Source: Epithemia pelagica
Lineage: Eukaryota > Protista > Bacillariophyta
NCBI GenBank assembly: GCA_946965045.2
Contig: OX337228.1
Location: 3,162,001 to 3,226,000, forward strand
Direction: 5' to 3'
DNA length: 64,000 nt
This document shows positions 43,074-52,130 of this stretch, one piece after another. The position numbers were made by a program, and so were the translations under genes. Position 1 is the first letter of the stretch. Every line of letters starts with the position of its first letter. Below the pieces are notes generated by a model that did not search any database, was not told where the DNA came from, and saw only the letters and a program-made list of their open reading frames with translations.

Positions 43074-46000
43074 ATGCTCGATGTGACTACCTTTTTGATG
43101 AGATGGATGTTTCTGTCGAATTTGTTGAGCAATGTGGCAGACATACTCACGTTTCCGCAACAACATCCTACACATTCGCAACCACCTTTGCCACCATCGC
43201 CGCCAATCCATCATCATCAACCACACTACGTACCAAATCAAAATCCACATTCCCTACACCAAAATCCTACAAGACATCAGCATCACACACCACGTCGGTC
43301 CCATTCCAATGATCTCCGGGCGCACGAACATCATTGGAGAAATCAATGCTTGCAAACAATCCTCAGTTATCCTCCAGGGAATCATCGGTTATTGATCGTC
43401 GATGCCTTTCGAATAGAATTGGTGCAGAGACTAGCTCACAGTCTCAACTTATCGCAGGAATGTTTGAAACGGCATCGACGAGCCTTGCCGCAATCTCACC
43501 AACGGCCATCCCATCCAGGCACGTCGACTCACATGCACACACTCGACAATGGTGCCCACCCCAATGGCGAAACTGAAGAAGTCGATCTCGATACCGACCA
43601 AGGGATTACTGAGACGATGCAACAATCCCGACTAGCGAGAACAACTCCGTCAGAGCCAACATCGACGAGCGATGACACAGGTTCGAGTGACCCTCTACGA
43701 CCAGCCTCGGCCGATACAAACATGTCACAGGAGGTAGGCACGGACAACCATTCGAACAACAATCTGAACGATTTGACGCAACAAGACATTGCTGATAGTT
43801 CGGAGCAACCAACCAATGCAACAATACAATCTCCTGAGCACGCCCTTGTGGAGGATGCATCAATTTCCACTGTACAAATTCCAGGCATTACTCCTCCACT
43901 TGCTAGGGAGCGACTCAAGCAAGTTCGAGAATACTTGCCGCAACTGGTATCGGCTGTCTTAAAGTCTCCTCCTGCTGTAGATCCCACCATTGCCAACCCT
44001 ATTCAGTTGCTGCGACAACTGCTCTTGAATCGATGTTCGCAAGATCCCAGTTGGGGGATTGAATTGTGTTGGCTCCTTGAAGCTGATGTGGGACGTGCGT
44101 GGAAAGCCTTGTTTGAACATCCGCAACAAACAGGAAGAAGACTCTTGGTCATACTGCCTGTTGACAAGGCCGCTGTATTGGCCAAGATTGGGCTCGAAAA
44201 GTCCGATGCCTTTGATCTCTTGCAGGGCGCAGAACAAGCCACTGCCTTTGGATACAACATTCCCGACCAGCAACACGCCGAGTCATTTGCTCATGCCCAG
44301 TCTCCATGCATGATGCAACATGCAAATGTACAACTACCCTCCGAACCTCGTTTACTCTCGAGCTTGAGTCAACGTAGATGTGCTCATTTTGGTGATACCA
44401 TGCACTTTGTTGATCGCCTTACCAAGCTGTCGTTGGATTTGCGAAGTGTCTCACCGTCGGAACGACTGCAACACTTGCATGAACAATTGAGCGAAATGAA
44501 TCGGAGAATAAGAAGGCGTATGGTAACCAAGGGTGAAATAAGTTTGGACATGGACGACCATCATGGTCCAGATGACTGGCCGCATGTCCGCGATCTAAAA
44601 CTCGATATGCTACATCATTCGGTGCATTTCCCACTTTTTCCACAAACCGGAACATGGCCTGCCGCCAGCGAGAAACATGACAAGGTTGCAGACACGGAAG
44701 AGACATTGGATGTTGTTCGTGTACTCAATATTGTCGTATCGGAAAGTCGCTTGTTGTCATCTCGAGAACGATGTCCCTTCCTCGTCCAGTTAGAGGTAGC
44801 CGACACAGGTTTGGAGGGACACGATGCTCGACTATACGCACTTGGTGCGTCCAAGGTCGGTTCCACCGTGGAAGAAGCCTTGTCCATGAATGCTGGTCAT
44901 TTACAATTTCCACAAGACCAATCAACAAGCACAGTGTCGTTGGCTCCAGAGCAAAGGCCACATAGTGCGTCGTATATGATTCCAGATGAACTAATGTCGA
45001 CATCAGTGGCTTCTCCGCCCTCGTCCCATGCATTAAGACATGAGTTTCCCCGAGGCGGATCGTTGTCGCCCGATCAAACATACCCCTATCAAAATGACAA
45101 TGGATATCAGGCTCATCCTCACCACAATCATCATGACGAATACAACAACTACAGTGAGCAATATGCTCAGCAAACAAATCCGCACTACCATTCCCATCAT
45201 CCAGATGACTACAGTCATCCCGAACAAGTAGTCTACCAAGATGGTGAGACTAGTTCATTTGCAGGGTTCCCCCACCCATCTGGTGATCCTCGACAAAATG
45301 AGTTGCGGGAACTCCATCTCCAGCTGCAATCACGGAGGCAGCAACAAAACCAGTATCACCAACAGAATACTTGGCATACTCACCCGTACGCAATGAACCA
45401 AGAACCACTGCAGACACAAGAACATGTCTCCGCAACCAGGGGGAAAGAGCTGTTAGACACGGTTTTTGGTATACCTTGGGCGGAACGGTGCACGGAAATT
45501 AAAGAATCCTCTCCATTTGGCCAGGTAGAGGGATGGCGCCTTGCGTCGTTTATCATGAAAGCGGGCGAAGATATTCGCAAAGAGTCTTTGGTGATGCAAC
45601 TTATTTCCAAGATGCAGAAATGGTTTGACGACGAAATTGAACATGAAATGCGCCCCGTCATGAGACCGTATACCATAATGAGTGTGGGTGGTGACGCCGG
45701 ATTGGTGGAATGTTTGTCTGACGCCAAAAGTGTAGACGAAGTCAAGAAGAAAACGGACCACTTTGAATCTTTGCGGGACTTTTTTATTCGAGCATATGGA
45801 CCTCCGGCTGATGAACGAGGTCAGCATGGACACACCAATACAGAGCCTGGAGAGATGACGTTTGAAAAGGCACAGGACAATTTTCTGAGATCTTTGGTCG
45901 GTTACAGTTTAGTGTGTTACGTTCTCCAGATCAAGGACCGCCACAATGCCAACATACTGCTGGATCGGTTTGGTCACGTCATGCACATTGACTTTGGTTT

Positions 46001-46403
46001 TGTGTTGGGGGACACGCCGAAAATGGGCAAAGTGCCCATCTTTAGTGAACGCGCTCCCTTTAAACTCAGCGCCGAATTTTGGGATGTTTTGGGGGGTTGG
46101 GACACCAATCGAGGTGGCCTGGGTGTTAAGTTTTGTAAAATGTTTGACAAGGCCTTTGCCTGTGTCGCGCGACACGCTGAAGAAGTATGTACTGTAGTGG
46201 AATTGACCATGTTGGGATTGAACTACGACGTTCGGACAGCTCGGATCATGGCCAATGGTGTTCGTTCAAGATTAAGAATGCGGGGACCTCAAGGCTCAAA
46301 GAAACAACAACAATTCATTGTCGAACTTGTCTCAGCTGCAAGAGCGTCATGGGGAACAACGACCTATGATTGGCTTCAAAAGAACATGAATGGATACCAA
46401 TGA
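43074..46403 (+). CDS. PI4KB: Phosphatidylinositol 4-kinase (type III beta / Pik1-like)
   Basis: LSSRERCPFLV, MKAGEDIRKE, LQIKDRHNANILLD, HIDFGF, ERAPFKL, YDWLQ at the C-terminus. Confidence 0.9.
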   Translation: MLDVTTFLMRWMFLSNLLSNVADILTFPQQHPTHSQPPLPPSPPIHHHQPHYVPNQNPHSLHQNPTRHQHHTPRRSHSNDLRAHEHHWRNQCLQTILSYPPGNHRLLIVDAFRIELVQRLAHSLNLSQECLKRHRRALPQSHQRPSHPGTSTHMHTLDNGAHPNGETEEVDLDTDQGITETMQQSRLARTTPSEPTSTSDDTGSSDPLRPASADTNMSQEVGTDNHSNNNLNDLTQQDIADSSEQPTNATIQSPEHALVEDASISTVQIPGITPPLARERLKQVREYLPQLVSAVLKSPPAVDPTIANPIQLLRQLLLNRCSQDPSWGIELCWLLEADVGRAWKALFEHPQQTGRRLLVILPVDKAAVLAKIGLEKSDAFDLLQGAEQATAFGYNIPDQQHAESFAHAQSPCMMQHANVQLPSEPRLLSSLSQRRCAHFGDTMHFVDRLTKLSLDLRSVSPSERLQHLHEQLSEMNRRIRRRMVTKGEISLDMDDHHGPDDWPHVRDLKLDMLHHSVHFPLFPQTGTWPAASEKHDKVADTEETLDVVRVLNIVVSESRLLSSRERCPFLVQLEVADTGLEGHDARLYALGASKVGSTVEEALSMNAGHLQFPQDQSTSTVSLAPEQRPHSASYMIPDELMSTSVASPPSSHALRHEFPRGGSLSPDQTYPYQNDNGYQAHPHHNHHDEYNNYSEQYAQQTNPHYHSHHPDDYSHPEQVVYQDGETSSFAGFPHPSGDPRQNELRELHLQLQSRRQQQNQYHQQNTWHTHPYAMNQEPLQTQEHVSATRGKELLDTVFGIPWAERCTEIKESSPFGQVEGWRLASFIMKAGEDIRKESLVMQLISKMQKWFDDEIEHEMRPVMRPYTIMSVGGDAGLVECLSDAKSVDEVKKKTDHFESLRDFFIRAYGPPADERGQHGHTNTEPGEMTFEKAQDNFLRSLVGYSLVCYVLQIKDRHNANILLDRFGHVMHIDFGFVLGDTPKMGKVPIFSERAPFKLSAEFWDVLGGWDTNRGGLGVKFCKMFDKAFACVARHAEEVCTVVELTMLGLNYDVRTARIMANGVRSRLRMRGPQGSKKQQQFIVELVSAARASWGTTTYDWLQKNMNGYQ

Positions 46404-46599
46404 GATACAGGCACCCGTTGAGATTGAATTCAGACACCCATGACATGAGTCTTTCAAGGAAGATAAGGACAAGAACATTGGAGGCGAACACTTCGTCTAA
46501 TACAAATACAATTCATTGTAAATCACTAACGTAAACTAGAATACAATGTTTTCTGAGAAAGAACGAAGTGCTAGCGATATTCCCGCAAATCATTTGTCT

Positions 46600-48117
46600 T
46601 TACCCATCCACTCCCAAAAGTTCTAGGGCTTGTCGTACTGTCGTCGCATTGCCAGTTTCCAGTTGATGGATTTGCTTCATGAGGCCAGACCCAATCAATC
46701 GCGCCTTGTGCGCCAGAAAACAGGCTTCTATTATAGCTGGCGTTAAGAACAAGGAATCCACCTTCTTTTTCTTTTTCTCACAGGGTGGTTCTCTTGGGAA
46801 AGAACTGTGCTCACCACTCTGTGTCGGATCTTGTTGGTTTGAGTCCTTGTTAGTGTTCTTGTTGTTGTCACGGGAGACGTGCAAAATTTGTTGCATATCA
46901 AAGTCAAAGGTTCTCAGATCAACACCAAGGTGGTACAAGAAGAGGAGAACGCATTGAGTATGCGCTTCACGAGGACGATAATGTCCCGAATGTGGATATA
47001 GGCGTGCGAGGAAACCATGTTCGTTCGTGATGAAAATACCAGCCGCTGCAACGGCCTTGCCACCAAAAAAGGAAGAATGGTGGAAGCGTTCTTTGGTTTG
47101 ATGGTCTTTCACAGAGGTGATCTTTTGACCTCCATACATGCGATTGTCTCGTAGGACAAATATCCAACCATCCGGACCTGTGACGATTGGGTCTCCCGCA
47201 GCATTGACGATTCGCCCACGGGCCTGGTCATCCAGTAATATGGTGAGTGCATACTTTTCCGTCACATCTGGATCGGTAATGTACAGGGCAGTATCAGCAT
47301 CCAATCGCGCTCGGGGACATTCAAGGATATCTGGGAGAGGTTGACCTGCTGATTCTCCTCTGGAATCCAACCAATCGAAAAAGACATTGGTTGGACATCC
47401 CAAGTTTTCCCAGTGTCGATAGTAGAATCGTAGGTTTTTGCCATAGCGATGTGCTGGATCGGATACCTCAAGCCACGCTTTGCGATGAAGTTGAGCATAA
47501 TTGCCTCGCTGTGTGCCACGAAGAACCCTCTCAGGAGGATTGGCTTGTAATCCTTTGTAGACATAACTGTCACTACCATTACATGTACTAGAATGCATTG
47601 CACCAATTGGAGCTCTAGAAGTTGGTGCAGTGCAGCTAGCAGAGGTAGGCATTACTGCTCCGACAATGGGAAGTTGATCCAAGAAACCGCCATGTTGTTC
47701 CGTAGACCGAAGACGACGTTTTCGTTTGGGCGTGTTCGTTTCCGTTCGCATCGGAACAACAAAGGAAAGAGCAGAATTTCTTGTGGAGTCTGTGGCTTGC
47801 TGTGGGACAGGATTCAGCCTAGACGACAAACATCCCACGCCTTCTTCTTCTTCTTCATCCTCCTCTTCCTCATCAAACCTATCATCATCGTCGTCCAATA
47901 TATGAATCTCCTGCGCTACATTGGCATCTCCAACTGCCTCGGCGAATTGCGCCGCTTCACACAGGCGGCGATCCATGCTAGCACTTCGCGGCAGAAACCA
48001 AGTCGCAGTACGACCAGCAGCGGGGGGAACAGCCGTGGTCGAGGGGGAACTCCCAACAACGACTGAAGAGGCACCAAGCTCATGTGGAGAAGGCAAAGGC
48101 ATCTGGCTCGTCATCAT
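46600..48117 (-). CDS. IQM-family (plant IQ-motif-containing-like) protein, copy 1
   Basis: WLEVSDPAHRYGKNLRFYY, FFDWLD, WIFVL, FHHSSFFGG..VAAAG, PHSGHYRP. Confidence 0.8.
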   Translation of the reverse strand: MMTSQMPLPSPHELGASSVVVGSSPSTTAVPPAAGRTATWFLPRSASMDRRLCEAAQFAEAVGDANVAQEIHILDDDDDRFDEEEEDEEEEEGVGCLSSRLNPVPQQATDSTRNSALSFVVPMRTETNTPKRKRRLRSTEQHGGFLDQLPIVGAVMPTSASCTAPTSRAPIGAMHSSTCNGSDSYVYKGLQANPPERVLRGTQRGNYAQLHRKAWLEVSDPAHRYGKNLRFYYRHWENLGCPTNVFFDWLDSRGESAGQPLPDILECPRARLDADTALYITDPDVTEKYALTILLDDQARGRIVNAAGDPIVTGPDGWIFVLRDNRMYGGQKITSVKDHQTKERFHHSSFFGGKAVAAAGIFITNEHGFLARLYPHSGHYRPREAHTQCVLLFLYHLGVDLRTFDFDMQQILHVSRDNNKNTNKDSNQQDPTQSGEHSSFPREPPCEKKKKKVDSLFLTPAIIEACFLAHKARLIGSGLMKQIHQLETGNATTVRQALELLGVDG

Positions 48118-48875
48118 CGTGGAAGGGATAACGGTGTTGGATGGACAGCAGATTCCACCACAATAAGAGCAACAAAGTAATTAGATTCGTGGAGTCGTGA
48201 CCAAATTATGTTGTGGCTGGCACCCTGCGAGGTGCTGTCTTTGATGGTCTTCAAACAGATCCCCCGACGACGAAGATCTTGCGAGAGACCGCAGATTCAT
48301 CCCAAGAGCCGCCGGAAGAATCCAGGCAGACGATTATGCAGGTAGTCTCAGTTGATCGACTTTTGATAATGCACGGGACAAGAATCCTAAGAATCCGATT
48401 TGTCCTTGTCTCTCGTGTCTTACTGCCGGATTGTGATTGGGTTCGGTCTATGCATTATTTCCGTGTGGAAAGTAGAAGATTCGCCCGTGTGAATCAAGCA
48501 TCAGATTCAACCAAACAAAAAGGATTCGTCATGGTCTTTTGCATTGATTTCGTTTCATCATTTATCCATGATTCATCAGATCACTAAGTTTTGTTGATAA
48601 CGTTCAAGCCCTGGTAGTGGAATGGATTGATCGGATCAAGAGGACATGGTCAAACGTCGACATTTGAGATTCCTTCATTAAACGTCCGCCAAAAATGAGA
48701 GATGTCTCATTTGGTCGCACCTTTAGCTACCCCTTAGTTGGATGATGGTAGGAGTAGCAAACCGGAAAGAGTCCCTAGCTGGATTCTAGGAGTAGTAGGA
48801 GCATATCTAGAGAAGAGGGAGGTGCAGTGCTCGTTAACAAAATCTATACCAAAAGCCCGACTTTTCCACAACAAA

Positions 48876-51563
48876 CTAAGAGAATGAACCATTCATGGAT
48901 GGTTGGCGATGATGATGGGGATGGTTGTCAAGATTTTCCCGCTCCAACAAGTCCAATGCTTCTCGTACCGACGTGGCATTGGATTTGCGAATTTGATGGA
49001 TCTGTTCCATTAATCCAGACCCAATCAATCGCGCCTTGTGGGCCAGGAAGCAAGCAACCAACACAGCTGGTGTCAAATACAAGGACTCGACCTTCTTCTT
49101 TTTCTCCACTTTTCCACCACTTTGAGTACTGGAGGCAGTAAATCCGGACGAAGGTTGTGCAGACGGACGGCCTTGGTGCTGTTGTCTCAGCAGTGTCTCG
49201 GACGAGGGAACAACGGACGATTGATGTACCATATCTTTCTCGCGAGCAATGTGCAAGATTTGTTGCATGTCCATATCAAAGGTCCTCAAATCAACGCCTT
49301 GATGATGCAAAAAGAAGAGGACACGTTGCATGTGAGCTTCTCCTGGACGGTAATGTCCCGAATGCGGATACAAGCGCGTAAGACAGCCTTGTTCATTGGT
49401 GATGAAGATTCCAGCCGCCGCGACGGCCTTGCCACCAAAGAAGGAGGAATGATGGAAGCGTTCCTTGGTATGATGTCCCGTCACAGAGGTGATCTTTTGC
49501 GCGCCATACATACGATTGTCGCGTAACACAAAGATCCAACCATCCGGGCCCGTAAAGACCGGATCACCATCAATGTCGACCACCCGACCTCGCCCATTCT
49601 CGTCTCTTAAAAAAGTCAGAGCATAATTAGCCGTAACCTCTGGATCCGTAATGTACAAGACCGTATCGGAATCTAACTGCGTCCGAGGACACTCCTTGAT
49701 TTCTGGGAGGGGTTGTCCAGCAGCTTCCCCCTTGCTATCTAACCAATCAAAAAACATGTTGGTTGGACATCCCAAGCTCTCCCAATGACGATAATAAAAC
49801 CGAAGGTTCTTTCCATAACGATGATATTTATCGGATACCTCAAGCCAAGCCTTGCGATGAAGCTGGGCATAGTTGCCTCGTTGCGTACCCCGTTTGACAA
49901 TTTCCGGGGGATTGGCATGCAAGCCCTTGTAGACGTAATCGCATTGTCCAACTTCTCCTGTTGGCAATTGATCCAAAAAACACTTTTTTCTATTCCGGTT
50001 TGTTGCGAAACGCTTTCGATGATGGCCTTGTAAATATGGGGATGGACGTAGGCCACCACGACCTTTGGGATAAGCGCCCACTGAAGCGGATGAATTAGAT
50101 TTTATAGCAAACTCGTTCGTCACCATGACACCACCTGCATGGGAAATTGATTCTGGGTTATGGCTGATCTGCTCCAAACACAAATTGGACGTGTTCAAAA
50201 CGCCATTCAGAACGTCCTGATCTTCTTTGTCGCTGATTGAAATTCCGTTTAACGATGGGTGCAAAAGGCCATCTGCTTCTATCTCGTTGTCGTTCGTGGC
50301 GCTTGGCTTACTCGGTACTTTGTCTTCACCATTTTCCGTCACATCATCTTCGTCGTCATCATCATCGTCGTCTGAACCATCTTCTTCAAGAATCTGCAAT
50401 TCCGCAGCCACTTTTACATCTCCAATCGCTTGAGCAAATTGAGCTGCTTCCGCCATCCGGCGATCAAGATCCATACTGCTACTACTTGTTATGACATTGT
50501 CAATACTGTTGCCGGCACCTGCATCCACAGAAGAGGAGGATCTATGGATCGCTCGATCTGTTGCAACAAAGCCGGCCGCCGCCATTGGAGCGTCCAAATC
50601 AGGACCAAGCGAAGGCTCCAAGGATTCTGAATAAAAGACTTGCCCTCCCAATGTCGGTCGGCATGGTTGAAGTGGTTCCCGTTGTGGTAACGTTTCGTCA
50701 AGCAGAGTCGGTACAATGAGCACATGATGCTCCGCACTGGACTGACTTGTCATTAACATGGAGCTGTACTCAGAGCATGAATCTTCTTCTTCCTCTTCCA
50801 CTGCCGTCGGGTCAGTGGAATGAATCTCAGTCGCTGCAGCACATGAAGTGGAAGGCAAGAGGGATAAAGATAATCGAGAATTGTTCTTTGTGTATTCATG
50901 AAGGTCCAACGAAGAAGGAGTAGTAGTATGTCGTTCTTGCGAATTGTCCGTGTGAGTGCTGGTGTTTTGGACGAAAGAGTCATCTACCGCAGCTTGGGGT
51001 AACATGAAAGCCTCATCACCCTTATCTTCCAGTTCTTCACGCCCACGATGACGATGGGGGCGACGAGGATGGTTATGTGCTGGCAATTGTAGACCTGGAG
51101 GTAGGAGTGGATGGGTTCGTGGGACATGGTCAGGACGTAAATGCACTCCTAGTGGTTGCTGTTGTTGTCCTAGAAGTATTGAGTTTGGCTGTGTCGAAGT
51201 AAGCCGTGGAGTAGCATCGTTGGGAGGTTGAGATTCTTGTCGTTCCAATATCTCGGCATCCTGCTCTCGCAACAAGGCAGAGAAATCTTCCATGGCCATG
51301 GCTGACAACGATTGCATGGACGAATCGAGTGATATATTCGAGTCCAATTCCTCAACATTTTTGCTACTGCCATTGTTATAGTAGTTCGAACTCTGTGAAA
51401 AGGAAGGAAAGGTTGAAACTTGCTTTATCGATGGAGGCAGACCCGGTGACGAATTGGCCGTTTTCATCAGGTTTGCAGCGTCGGAGGTCACTGGTAATCC
51501 ATGGTTACCAGTGGAGGACTCGATTGACCTTGTCTCACCGCTTGTGTAAATTGGTAATTCCAT
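48876..51563 (-). CDS. IQM-family protein, copy 2, with long low-complexity N-terminus
   Basis: Same core motifs as copy 1 (WLEVSDKYHRYGKNL...PHSGHYRPGE); tandem and same strand. Confidence 0.8.
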   Translation of the reverse strand: MELPIYTSGETRSIESSTGNHGLPVTSDAANLMKTANSSPGLPPSIKQVSTFPSFSQSSNYYNNGSSKNVEELDSNISLDSSMQSLSAMAMEDFSALLREQDAEILERQESQPPNDATPRLTSTQPNSILLGQQQQPLGVHLRPDHVPRTHPLLPPGLQLPAHNHPRRPHRHRGREELEDKGDEAFMLPQAAVDDSFVQNTSTHTDNSQERHTTTPSSLDLHEYTKNNSRLSLSLLPSTSCAAATEIHSTDPTAVEEEEEDSCSEYSSMLMTSQSSAEHHVLIVPTLLDETLPQREPLQPCRPTLGGQVFYSESLEPSLGPDLDAPMAAAGFVATDRAIHRSSSSVDAGAGNSIDNVITSSSSMDLDRRMAEAAQFAQAIGDVKVAAELQILEEDGSDDDDDDDEDDVTENGEDKVPSKPSATNDNEIEADGLLHPSLNGISISDKEDQDVLNGVLNTSNLCLEQISHNPESISHAGGVMVTNEFAIKSNSSASVGAYPKGRGGLRPSPYLQGHHRKRFATNRNRKKCFLDQLPTGEVGQCDYVYKGLHANPPEIVKRGTQRGNYAQLHRKAWLEVSDKYHRYGKNLRFYYRHWESLGCPTNMFFDWLDSKGEAAGQPLPEIKECPRTQLDSDTVLYITDPEVTANYALTFLRDENGRGRVVDIDGDPVFTGPDGWIFVLRDNRMYGAQKITSVTGHHTKERFHHSSFFGGKAVAAAGIFITNEQGCLTRLYPHSGHYRPGEAHMQRVLFFLHHQGVDLRTFDMDMQQILHIAREKDMVHQSSVVPSSETLLRQQHQGRPSAQPSSGFTASSTQSGGKVEKKKKVESLYLTPAVLVACFLAHKARLIGSGLMEQIHQIRKSNATSVREALDLLERENLDNHPHHHRQPSMNGSFS

Positions 51564-52130
51564 GCTATTTCTCCTATTATCTTAATAACGAGGACGTGAT
51601 GCAATAGGTTCTCTTTGCTCTCTCTTGTGCTGGTCTCTGCGTCCCTGTTGGATGGTGTTCTCATGGAGATTCGTCGATGGAGAAACTAGCGAATGGGAAA
51701 TCGAGATGGCCCATACAAGAACTCTTTGTTGAATACACTACTCGTACACGAAAGGGAATACGTATTGAATATTGAATGTTTCGGGGAGGGAGAACGACGA
51801 GCGCGGTCAGTGGTTTTGTTTTTTGCTTCTTCGTACTTGTGGTGGTGATGATTGTCTGTACTGATGTGGAGTGACGTGGCCGATGCTGGCCAGACTCCTG
51901 CGACCGACATCAGAGGTGCGACTGCTCCGCCTCCTCGTCGCGAGGCGAGCATCCGATTTCGTTCCTCTCGGTTCTACGAATTGGATGACTCTTGATGCAG
52001 AGTCGTCGGAGCGTGAGAAGAGCTCACTCTTCTCGGGTTCAGCATCTTTGCAAGCAACGTTACGAGACGAGTACACAGGCAATCGCAAGATCCTAGTTAG
52101 CTTTTGAGTTCTAAACCTTACATCGTTACC

